A stretch of 64,000 nt of DNA from an uncultured Bacilli bacterium (GTDB lineage: Bacteria; Bacillota_I; Bacilli_A; ML615J-28; CAG-313), in NCBI GenBank assembly GCA_934140285.1, contig CAKPBI010000006.1, positions 7,042 through 71,041 on the forward strand, in the 5' to 3' direction. A program made the translations under genes and the position numbers. The notes beneath the pieces were generated by a model that searched no databases, was not told the DNA's origin, and worked only from the letters and a program-made list of their open reading frames with translations. Each line of letters starts with the position of its first letter. Positions within the stretch are counted from its first letter, which is position 1. This document shows, piece after piece, positions 21,106 to 29,423 of the stretch.

Positions 21106-21597
21106 ATGAAAGTAATAAAAAAGCAAGTTAATAGTAAAATGTGTATTATCTGCGGAATTAATAATGAAGCAGGTCTAAAAGCTCCATTCTATGAAATGGA
21201 AGATAAAAGTGTAGTATCGATCTTCAAATATTCACAAATTCATCAAAGTTATCCCGAAAGAACTCATGGTGGCCTAATTTCAACAATGCTTGATGAAATA
21301 ATAGGTAGGGCCATCTGGATAGATGAACCAGATGTATGGGGAGTAACAATGGATCTACATGTAAAATTTAGAAAACCTACCCCATTAGATACGCCACTTT
21401 ATGCGGTGGGAAAAATAACCAAAAGTAGTAAAAAGTTTTTCTCAGGAACTGGTTACATCAAAGATATGAATGGTAACATTCTAGCAGAAGCAGAAGCCAA
21501 CTATATTAAACTTCCTGTTTCAAAACTTGCATCTACGGATGTACATGAAGATGTAAACATTTTAATACCTGATGATGTAAAAGAAATTAATATATAA
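21106..21597 (+). CDS. hotdog-fold thioesterase (PaaI/YiiD-like) with N-terminal Cys-pair
   Basis: The core HGGLISTMLDEIIGRAI is hotdog-like. CIICG near the N-terminus forms a Cys pair. The RBS is GTGAGG. Confidence 0.5.
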   Translation: MKVIKKQVNSKMCIICGINNEAGLKAPFYEMEDKSVVSIFKYSQIHQSYPERTHGGLISTMLDEIIGRAIWIDEPDVWGVTMDLHVKFRKPTPLDTPLYAVGKITKSSKKFFSGTGYIKDMNGNILAEAEANYIKLPVSKLASTDVHEDVNILIPDDVKEINI

Positions 21598-21621
21598 TGG
21601 ATACTACAAAGTATCCTAAAT

Positions 21622-21707
21622 GCAGCAGTGGCGGAACGGTAGACGCGCTACTTTGAGGGGGTAGTATACGCATGTATGTGTGAGTTCAAATCTCATCTGC
21701 TGCACCA
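21622..21707 (+). tRNA. tRNA-Leu (anticodon GAG), class II with long variable arm
   Basis: The acceptor stem is GCAGCAG/CTGCTGC with discriminator A and CCA. The anticodon stem-loop is CTACT-TTGAGGG-GGTAG. The T-arm is GTGAG-TTCAAAT-CTCAT. The variable hairpin is TATACGCATGTATGT. Confidence 0.75.
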
Positions 21708-21718
21708 TAAGAAGCAAT

Positions 21719-21752
21719 AAGCTTGATATAAATTGTATCAAGCTTTTTTTCT
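21719..21752 (+). terminator. rho-independent terminator after tRNA-Leu
   Basis: The hairpin AAGCTTGATA...TATCAAGCTT is followed by TTTTTTT. Confidence 0.7.
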
Positions 21753-21879
21753 TTTATATATTGCATTAATTATTGATTATACATAAGTTTTTTGGATGAC
21801 AGTAAAAATTTATTCATTTACGAAACAAAAATGTTGCAAATATCTAAATAATATTGTACAATAGCATTGAGGTATAGTT

Positions 21880-22197
21880 ATGAAAAAATTAAGTAAAATA
21901 GCAGAAATATATAATAACAAAGAATTAAAAGAAATGTCAATCGAACAACAAGAAAAATGGTTAAGAGCAAAAATAGTAATGCAATTTGTATATTTAAGAG
22001 AAAAACTAGGGTACACTCAACAAGAGATTGCGGATAAAATGGGAGTAATGCGTCAACAAATAACTAGATTTGAAAATATGAGTAATTCCCCAACTATTTT
22101 CTTTTTAGTAAAATATGCAAATGCATTGGATACCGAGTTAGATGTCGTTTTAAAAGGAATTGAATTAATAGGGGTGACAAATAATGAACAAATATGA
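21880..22197 (+). CDS. XRE-family helix-turn-helix transcriptional regulator
   Basis: LGYTQQEIADKMGVMRQQITRFEN is the HTH_XRE signature. A promoter TTGCAA...TGTACAAT lies at about 21834-21868. Confidence 0.6.
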   Translation: MKKLSKIAEIYNNKELKEMSIEQQEKWLRAKIVMQFVYLREKLGYTQQEIADKMGVMRQQITRFENMSNSPTIFFLVKYANALDTELDVVLKGIELIGVTNNEQI

Positions 22198-23050
22198 AAT
22201 TGTTAAGTTTGCTGATGATGAAGTAAAATTAGATGTCAATATTTCTCCGTTAGAAAAAACAATATGGATTAATATCGAGCAAATGTCTGTCTTATTTGAA
22301 AGGGATAGATCGGTAATAAGCAAACATATTAAAAATATTTTTTTGGAAGGAGAACTTTTGGAAAATTCAGTTTGTGCATTTTTTGCACATACTGCAAATG
22401 ATGGGAAGACATATAATGTTAAATATTATAATTTAGATGTAGTAATTTCAGTAGGATATAGAGTTAAGTCAAGAAGAGGTGTTCTATTTAGACAATGGGC
22501 AAACAATATAATACAGGAATATTTAATAAAAGGATATGCAATCAATGAAGAAAGAACCCTTGTTACTAATGAAAACTATGTAAGATTAATTAATAAAGTT
22601 GAGTCACTTGATGAAAGAGTTAGTAATATTGAAAAAGAATATAAACCAAAAGAATTTAAAAACACGCAACTTTTCTTTGATGGAGAGTTTTATGATGCAT
22701 ATACATTAATACAATCATTATTTGAATCAGCAAACAAAGAAATAATTATAATTGATAATTATGTTGATAGAACAATACTTGATAGATTAGTAGTAAAAAA
22801 AAGTGGTGTTCAAATATTAATTTATACAAGTATTAATTCAAGACTATTATCTAGAGATATAGATGCATTTAATAATCAGTATGGAGGTTTAGATGTTAGA
22901 TATACTGCTAATGTCCATGATAGATATATTATAATTGATCAAAATAAGTTATATCATTTAGGACACTCAATTAAAGACTTAGGTAAGAAGATATTTTCTA
23001 TCAGTGAATCAGATAATAGCTTAATATCCGTTTTATTGAGTAATATTTAG
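22184..23050 (+). CDS. RhuM-family protein (COG3943, virulence protein RhuM-like)
   Basis: The N-terminal block TIWINIEQMSVLFERDRSVISKHIKNIF and the block VGYRVKSRRGVLFRQWANNII match conserved RhuM family blocks. The gene overlaps the XRE gene, suggesting translational coupling. Confidence 0.6.
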   Translation: MNKYEIVKFADDEVKLDVNISPLEKTIWINIEQMSVLFERDRSVISKHIKNIFLEGELLENSVCAFFAHTANDGKTYNVKYYNLDVVISVGYRVKSRRGVLFRQWANNIIQEYLIKGYAINEERTLVTNENYVRLINKVESLDERVSNIEKEYKPKEFKNTQLFFDGEFYDAYTLIQSLFESANKEIIIIDNYVDRTILDRLVVKKSGVQILIYTSINSRLLSRDIDAFNNQYGGLDVRYTANVHDRYIIIDQNKLYHLGHSIKDLGKKIFSISESDNSLISVLLSNI

Positions 23051-23181
23051 GATTGACCTATAGCTCTACTTGTTTATAACTTCTTATGATTCTATTTTTT
23101 AAAAAATCAAAATAGAAACTTACAACAAATGTATTGACAATGTAATGACACTTTGATATAATTACATTGTGAGGTGATAAT

Positions 23182-23814
23182 ATGAGTTTTGTTCAAGTAA
23201 GAATTGAAGAAGAACTAAAAGAAGAAGCGATAAAATTATTTAATGAATTAGGTTTAGATTTATCTACAGCAATTCGTTTATTTTTAAAGAAATGTGTGGA
23301 AGATAAAAAATTGCCTTTTAAATTAAAAGTGAGAGAACATGATAATTCTAAAGATGTTGAATACAGAATAAAAGCTGATGTACTAGTACCACCTAGCACC
23401 AATCCGTTTGAATTGATGGATGAACTTATAAGAGTATGTAAAGAAAATGGATGGCACTGTCTTGGTGGTGGTGTTAAGTATCCAAATAAAGTATTAACAC
23501 TATCTAAAAAAGATGAAGGTATTTATTATTATGGATCTCCATATAGAATTGAAAAATTAGCAGAAAACTCTGATTTTACTCCATTTAAAGAACTTGCAAT
23601 TGCATTTGGAAGCAAGCCTTCGCATATATCTATTAATGAAGGAAAAGTAATTCATGATGGTATTAAATATCCAGTATATTTATATCAAATAGATGAAAAA
23701 ATAGAAATTGATAAAGACTTTACGAATCATCCTAATTCAGCATTTGGAGTAGGCATGGAATTTCGTACAAAAAGAGAATTAAAACTAAAATTAATTGATG
23801 TAATTAATGAATAA
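23182..23814 (+). CDS. RelB/DinJ-like ribbon-helix-helix antitoxin domain fused to ~150-aa C-terminal domain of unknown function
   Basis: The N-terminus MSFVQVRIEEELKEEAIKLFNELGLDLSTAIRLFLKKCVEDKKLPF closely parallels the DinJ antitoxin N-terminus. No RelE/YafQ-like toxin gene lies downstream. The RBS is GAGGTGA. Confidence 0.5.
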   Translation: MSFVQVRIEEELKEEAIKLFNELGLDLSTAIRLFLKKCVEDKKLPFKLKVREHDNSKDVEYRIKADVLVPPSTNPFELMDELIRVCKENGWHCLGGGVKYPNKVLTLSKKDEGIYYYGSPYRIEKLAENSDFTPFKELAIAFGSKPSHISINEGKVIHDGIKYPVYLYQIDEKIEIDKDFTNHPNSAFGVGMEFRTKRELKLKLIDVINE

Positions 23815-23826
23815 AAGAGAAAGTAT

Positions 23827-24144
23827 ATGTTTGTGAAATTATTTGTACCTTGTATTTCAATTATATTAGCACTGATTAATCTAATAAGACCAATGCAATG
23901 TGATGGTCCAATAGTTATTCGATTTGCTAAGAGAAATCCTAAATTATGGAATTTATCTCAAAGAATATATGCTGCACAATCATTATTATTAAATTTTGTG
24001 TTTTGTCTAATTGTAATTACTTTTAAAGATAATCATTACTTAAAAAATGAATTTTTAATTGTCACCATTATACTTTTAATTCAATTGATGCCGATAGCTT
24101 TTACATACTTAATTCTAAAAATAAAATGTAAAGATTTAAAATAA
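23827..24144 (+). CDS. small hydrophobic membrane protein, hypothetical
   Basis: This 105-aa ORF has about 3 predicted TM segments and a weak RBS. Confidence 0.3.
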   Translation: MFVKLFVPCISIILALINLIRPMQCDGPIVIRFAKRNPKLWNLSQRIYAAQSLLLNFVFCLIVITFKDNHYLKNEFLIVTIILLIQLMPIAFTYLILKIKCKDLK

Positions 24145-24204
24145 TAAATTGTAATTTGAAATGCAACAAAAATTAAATTTAAATAATCGCTTGACTTTTA
24201 ATGG

Positions 24205-24257
24205 TATTATTCCGTTAATTTAAAAATATTATTCCGTAAACACTTGATATTATTCCG
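24205..24257 (+). promoter_or_regulatory. three direct repeats of TATTATTCCG at 21-22 bp spacing overlapping the Fic-1 promoter (TTGATA 24244-24249, TGnTATAAT around 24265-24272)
   Basis: The repeats lie at 24205-24214, 24227-24236 and 24248-24257, about two helical turns apart. The last one overlaps the -35 element. Confidence 0.5.
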
Positions 24258-24295
24258 CTAATGTTGTATAATAAATAAAAAGAGAGGTATAATCA

Positions 24296-25183
24296 ATGTA
24301 TATAACTGTAAAACAAGCTGCAGAAAAATGGAAAATTTCTGAAAGAAGAATCCGTACTCTATGTGCAGAAGGAAAAATAAATGGAGCATATCAAGAAGGA
24401 CGTGGATGGAAAATACCAATTGACGCTGAAAAACCAGCCGATGGAAGATACAAGTCAAAAGAAAGTCTTTTATTAGTTATAGATAAAAAGAAACAAGAAC
24501 TTGATAATAGAAGACCTCTAACTGAAGGTGAAGTCGCAAGACTTAATGAAGAATTTATAGTTGAATATACCTATAATTCTAATGCTATTGAGGGAAATAC
24601 GTTAACGTTAAGAGAAACCGATCTAGTACTTAGAGGTATTACGATTGATAAAAAGCCATTAAAAGATCATATTGAAGCAGCTGGACATAAAGAAGCATTT
24701 GAATATGTTAGTGAGTTAGTTAAAAATAATGTTCCATTAAGTGAAAGCATTATTAAACAAATTCATTTCTTAGTTTTAGCTGATAAAAAGTATGATAGGG
24801 GTGTATATCGTAAAATTCCTGTACGTATAATGGGAGCTTACCATGAACCTGTACAACCTTATCTAATTGAACCTAAAATGGTACAACTTTTAATAGATTA
24901 TAAAGAAAGTAAAGAACATATAATAACTAAGTTAGCTCGCTTTCATATTGAGTTTGAAGCTATTCATCCATTTATTGATGGAAATGGTAGAACAGGTAGA
25001 TTATTAGTTAATTTAGAACTAATGAAAGCCGGATATCCACCAATTGATATTAAATATATTGATCGTTTTGCATATTATAAAGCATTTGATGAGTATCATA
25101 CTAATCATAATTTATCAGCAATGGAAAATTTATTTGCAAAATATATTAATGAAAGACTTGACATGTATTTAAAAATCTTATAA
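24296..25183 (+). CDS. Fic-family AMPylator with N-terminal HTH DNA-binding domain (class II, auto-inhibited)
   Basis: The Fic motif HPFIDGNGRTGR is present. SNAIEG, upstream of it, matches the inhibitory (S/T)xxxE(G/N) motif. The N-terminal segment KQAAEKWKISERRIRTLCAEGKI is HTH-like. Confidence 0.8.
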   Translation: MYITVKQAAEKWKISERRIRTLCAEGKINGAYQEGRGWKIPIDAEKPADGRYKSKESLLLVIDKKKQELDNRRPLTEGEVARLNEEFIVEYTYNSNAIEGNTLTLRETDLVLRGITIDKKPLKDHIEAAGHKEAFEYVSELVKNNVPLSESIIKQIHFLVLADKKYDRGVYRKIPVRIMGAYHEPVQPYLIEPKMVQLLIDYKESKEHIITKLARFHIEFEAIHPFIDGNGRTGRLLVNLELMKAGYPPIDIKYIDRFAYYKAFDEYHTNHNLSAMENLFAKYINERLDMYLKIL

Positions 25184-25422
25184 TAAACCAATAGTAATTC
25201 AACAAAACTTAGCATTTGAATAACCATTAATTTAAAAACTCCCTATAAAAAAGTGTATAATTTAATTTGAAACAATAATTATCTTTAAAAAAAATTGAAT
25301 AATAAAAATAAATATAATATTAGTAGTAACTTCAAACTTGCAGATAGTAATGTTGGTACCACAAACGGGATTAACACCATTCCATTATATATGGCATTTT
25401 TAATAAAATAAAATTTATGAAA

Positions 25423-25495
25423 AGGAACTAGTATATATGAACTGAACACCATTGTTCATTGGTGTATTTCAATATTTAGTTCCTTTTTGATATTT
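25423..25495 (+). terminator. long hairpin (AAAGGAACTA...TAGTTCCTTTTT, inner ACACCA...TGGTGT) downstream of Fic-1
   Basis: The inverted repeat is followed by a T-run. It is a probable terminator or attenuator between Fic-1 and the sigma-like gene. Confidence 0.45.
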
Positions 25496-25587
25496 ATAAG
25501 TTATTAATAATTATTATAGTAATATATAAAGTAGTGGGAACCTTTTTTAATCTTTTACAACTATATAAGTGAAGAGGTAAATATTTC

Positions 25588-27198
25588 ATGAATGAAACTA
25601 TGAACAAAAAGGAATTAAAAGAAAAAGTCGTAGATTATGCTAGTAAAGTATTTTTCTATTGTATCAAAAGATGCAATAACAGAATGGATGCTGAAGACTT
25701 ATCACAAACAATTCTCCTAGAAATAATTCAAAATATTGATAAAGGTGCACAGATCAATAATATGGATTACTACATCTGGGGAGTTTGTAAGAATCAATAC
25801 AACATGTATTTACGAAAGACCATTAAAGAAAGAAATAAAATAGAATACAAAGATGTAATTGATGATGTAGATAATTCAAAAACGGTAATTGAAGAAATGC
25901 TTGAAGATGAAAAAATCAGAAGAATGAATCAAGCCATTAAATTACTAAGTAAAGATTATGCAGAAATACTTTACGCTTATTATGTAGAAGATAAAACCTT
26001 AAAGTTCATAGCTGAAGAATTAAACTTACCTCTTGGAACTGTTAAAAAAAGACTGTTCACGCTTAGAAAAAAGTTAAAGGAGTACTTAGATATGGAAAAG
26101 CTAAATGGCAAAAAAGCCTATGTACCAAAAGATTTTTCGGGTATAATGAGTAATGAAGGAGAAATTGATTTTTATCCTGACTATGAAACCTCCCCCTTAT
26201 TAATTAAAAACTTACTATATCATTCATACAATAACCCTTGTTCAATTGAAGATTACTCAATTGAGCTAGGCATATCTGTTGCGTATGTCGAGGACTATGT
26301 TAAACAACTCGTCAAAAAAGAATTTTTAATAAAACAAGATAATGGTAAATACCTAACAAATATTGCGTTCGCAGATAAAAAAACAAGAATCAAAATTCTT
26401 AAACTTGTAAAAGAGAATATTCATATTATTCAAAAGCCAATCGTTGAATTTTGTAAGAAAAACATTGAATATTATCGTTCTTTATTATTAAATAAAATTA
26501 ATAATGATGAATTATTGATGTGGTCACTAATTTTTATTGTAGAATTAGCAATAACAGAAAAAAAACCTTACAAGGGAACTAAAAAATGTAAAAATGGATC
26601 ATGGGATTATTGTATGGCAGAAAACATAAATACATGTAAAAGTAATGAATATTTCATTTCTTTTAATACAACATCAGTTGATGAATGTAATGTAGCCTTA
26701 ATTGCATGGCCATCCTCAGTATGTAATCCCAACTTTAAAGTAGGATATAGAACATCCTGGAATAATGCTGCAAATGGAAGAGAAGATTATCAATTATTCT
26801 CACATGTTTTGGAAAACGAATTAAAATATGATGAATTAGATACAGATACAAAAACATTAGTTGATAAGTATATAAGTAATAATTACTTAAAAGTTGAAAA
26901 TAATATAATTAAAGTTATTCCTCCTGTAATTTCTAAAAATAATTTATTAAAACTTTATAATTTCATTAAAAATGATACTACTCTTCAAAATGCATTCAAT
27001 GAATATTCTAAAAATGTTTATAAAGAGGTTGAAAAATTATTTCCTTCATACTTACATAATCAATTAGAATTCATTGTATCTTCATTCACCGTTACTCAAC
27101 GTTCATTAATAATTAATTATGCTTACAATGAGGGGCTATTGTCATTAGATGATGAACAAAAACATTTTGTTTATAATATGATGGTTGTAAAAAAATAA
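25588..27198 (+). CDS. ECF-type sigma-70 family protein (regions 2 and 4) with ~370-aa C-terminal extension of unknown function
   Basis: Region-2-like DAEDLSQTILLEI...YYIWGVCKNQY and region-4.2-like LNLPLGTVKKRLFTLRKKL are present. The C-terminal part has a wHTH-like segment and no known domain. The RBS is GAAGAGG. Confidence 0.55.
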   Translation: MNETMNKKELKEKVVDYASKVFFYCIKRCNNRMDAEDLSQTILLEIIQNIDKGAQINNMDYYIWGVCKNQYNMYLRKTIKERNKIEYKDVIDDVDNSKTVIEEMLEDEKIRRMNQAIKLLSKDYAEILYAYYVEDKTLKFIAEELNLPLGTVKKRLFTLRKKLKEYLDMEKLNGKKAYVPKDFSGIMSNEGEIDFYPDYETSPLLIKNLLYHSYNNPCSIEDYSIELGISVAYVEDYVKQLVKKEFLIKQDNGKYLTNIAFADKKTRIKILKLVKENIHIIQKPIVEFCKKNIEYYRSLLLNKINNDELLMWSLIFIVELAITEKKPYKGTKKCKNGSWDYCMAENINTCKSNEYFISFNTTSVDECNVALIAWPSSVCNPNFKVGYRTSWNNAANGREDYQLFSHVLENELKYDELDTDTKTLVDKYISNNYLKVENNIIKVIPPVISKNNLLKLYNFIKNDTTLQNAFNEYSKNVYKEVEKLFPSYLHNQLEFIVSSFTVTQRSLIINYAYNEGLLSLDDEQKHFVYNMMVVKK

Positions 27199-27274
27199 AT
27201 TTAACAGACTATTGTAATTTCTTATCTATTATGATAAAATGTAAGCATAAATAAAAATTAAGGAAAAATAGATA

Positions 27275-27373
27275 ATGTTTAAATTTGTATTTGACTTAGG
27301 AACTATACTTAATATTTTCTTAACAATCTTATATTTAATTATTATAATTAGTTTCCAGTTTGTAAAGATTTAG
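27275..27373 (+). CDS. 32-aa hydrophobic peptide ORF (MFKFVFDLGTILNIFLTILYLIIIISFQFVKI)
   Basis: It has a good RBS (AAGGAAAAATAGATAATG). It is absent from the ORF track because it is below 60 aa. It is speculative. Confidence 0.2.
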   Translation: MFKFVFDLGTILNIFLTILYLIIIISFQFVKI

Positions 27374-27401
27374 TTCTTGGGGTATAAAAAGAAATATATG
27401 T

Positions 27402-27656
27402 ATGACCTCAGAAGAACTATGGCATAAAGTACATGTAAATGCAAGTTTTGCGACCATTCCATTTTTACTAATAAGTACCTTGTTAATCTTTCTAAATAAC
27501 CTTTGGGTTAAGATTGTCGTAGGTTTACTATTATTGTTAATACTTCCAATGATATGGAATATCGTAGTAAAACTAACCCCAAAAAATAAATCACTTGAAT
27601 TAAGAAAACAAGAACAACAAGAATCAGAATCACAAATAAAAAAAGAATCATATTAG
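27402..27656 (+). CDS. small two-TM membrane protein, hypothetical
   Basis: This 84-aa ORF is hydrophobic, has a charged C-terminus and a weak RBS. Confidence 0.3.
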   Translation: MTSEELWHKVHVNASFATIPFLLISTLLIFLNNLWVKIVVGLLLLLILPMIWNIVVKLTPKNKSLELRKQEQQESESQIKKESY

Positions 27657-27996
27657 AATTAATAAAACACCTAATTTCTACCACCAACGCAACTAACTGG
27701 TGCAGTAAATTAAGCATAAAAAGTTGATAAATTATTTATAATGTTATATAATATTAGTGTAAAAGACCTCAAACAACGAAAGGAGTTGATTACTATGAAA
27801 ATCATGTTTTATAATAAATTAGAAGTAATCAAATCCTTTATAGGTACAGATATTTAATATTTTGTAGCAAGCATATAGAAACTATAGGCACTTCTAGTTT
27901 ATTAGAGGTGCTTTTTTGTTGCTACAAGAAAGGAGTGATAACATATGAAACAAATAACTTTAAAACGAAAAGAGGTATCTTACTATTAGCTTTGGC

Positions 27997-28185
27997 ATGA
28001 ATTTAAGAAAATTAAGAGAAAAGAAAAACTTATCTCAAGAAGCTCTTTCAAAAAAACTAAAGATTTCTAGACATTCAATATCCAAGTGGGAACAAGATAT
28101 AAGTTATCCTAGTATTTTGTATCTTATTCCCATCACTAAAATACTTGAATGTACACTAGATGAATTATTGAAAGATCTAAATTAG
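27997..28185 (+). CDS. XRE-family HTH regulator (62 aa)
   Basis: LSQEALSKKLKISRHSISKWEQ is the HTH_XRE signature. It is preceded by a 14-codon ORF (27946-27990) carrying the strong RBS AAAGGAG. Confidence 0.45.
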   Translation: MNLRKLREKKNLSQEALSKKLKISRHSISKWEQDISYPSILYLIPITKILECTLDELLKDLN

Positions 28186-28483
28186 AAAGAAGGAGTTAAG
28201 AATGAATGAATTTAAAGTATATAAGACAATCCATTCTTTAAACAAAGCAAAGAAAATCATGATATTCAATTCATTAAAGTTGTATTAAATAAATGGAATA
28301 TTATTATGAAAAACTATAATTTCTATAAAAGATGTTTATTGGAATTAGGATTTAAACAAAAAGATAATGAACTATTCACACTAGATGTTGAATAAAGATA
28401 ATTAAAAAAAGTTAGTATACAATAAATTAATTGTAAAATTTAAAAGATAATGAGACAAACATATAATATAATTTGACTTTAGG

Positions 28484-28607
28484 TAATACTTATCTTTTAA
28501 TGAATTCAAATAATAATAAATGATTGCTACCGGGCAAATGAATGTAAAGCATTCATATACTTATCGTTAGGTCCTTGAAGATAAGTATGTGAATGCTTAT
28601 TTTTTTG
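28484..28607 (+). promoter_or_regulatory. structured 5' leader with intrinsic terminator directly upstream of pnuC RBS (candidate riboswitch/attenuator)
   Basis: An 18-bp stem (28548-28565 paired with 28580-28598, one G-U) and T9 end 8 nt before the RBS GGAGGA. The upstream segment TAATACTTATC (28484-28494) can pair with the 3' stem half as an antiterminator. Confidence 0.45.
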
Positions 28608-28616
28608 GAGGATTAT

Positions 28617-29320
28617 ATGAAAATACTTAAAGCAATTGTAAAATACTTTTCAATAGGAGAAATTCTATTGTGGAGTTTCTCAACTATTTTAATTATTGCT
28701 TCATTTTGCCTTTTTGGTAAATCAAACTATCTAACTCTTGTAGCATCACTTATTGGTGTAACTTCTTTAATTTTTAATGAAAAAGGAAATCCTATAGGTC
28801 AAATTTTGATGATTATATTTAGTTTAGTTCATGGATACATTTCATTTATCTTCAAATAATATGGTGAAATGTTAACATATGTATGTATGACAATGCCGAT
28901 GGCAGTATTTGCTTTGGTATCTTGGTTAGCCCCCCTTTTAAAGGAGATAAAGCTGAAGTAGAAGTTAACAAACTAAAAAAGAATGAACCAATAATCATGT
29001 GGTTTTTAACAATTATTATAACAGTAATCTTCTATGTTATTTTAAGAGCCTTTAACACAAAAAACATTATTCCTAGTACAATCTCAGTAACCACAAGTTT
29101 TATTGCGGTATACCTTACTTTTAGAAGAAGTTCTTTTTATGCAATAGGTTATGCAACAAATGATATAGTACTAATTATACTATGGACTTTACCAACCATT
29201 GAAAACATATTTTACCTTTTTTGTAATTGTTTGTTTTATAACTTTTCTCGCAAACGATGTATATGGATTTATAAATTGGCAAAAGATGACTCAAAGGCAA
29301 TCAGATATAACAAAAGCATA
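28617..29320 (+). pseudogene. pnuC: nicotinamide riboside transporter PnuC, disrupted by at least 3 frameshifts
   Basis: The pieces lie in three frames: MKILKAIVKYFSIGEILLW...FIFK; YGEMLTYVCMTMPMAVFALVSWLAPL; and ...IMWFLTIIITVIFYVIL...ATNDIVLIILW. The final frame has ANDVYGFINWQKM, the PnuC C-terminal signature. One shift is at a C6 homopolymer (28930-28935). Confidence 0.5.
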
Positions 29321-29423
29321 AATAAAGAATGCCGTTATCGGCAATTTAACTTTTAAAATCAACAATTAATTACTTGATAATTTGCCGATAATGTGATATA
29401 ATAATCCTATATGGAGGTGTTTT

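Noticed and set aside
25588-27198. Calling the sigma-like proteins anti-sigma factors or one-component regulators rather than sigma factors.
   Set aside because: Both region 2 (DAEDLSQ...) and region 4.2 (GTVKKRL / ISQDMVKYYLSNGKKKL) signatures are present in the right order and spacing for ECF sigma factors. The C-terminal extension is kept as unknown rather than reinterpreting the whole protein.
27661-27710. Possible attR: CTGCACCA, matching the tRNA-Leu 3' end, seen at about 27697-27704.
   Set aside because: Only 8-10 nt match and they lie in inverted orientation on the minus strand. That is not a credible direct-repeat att site.
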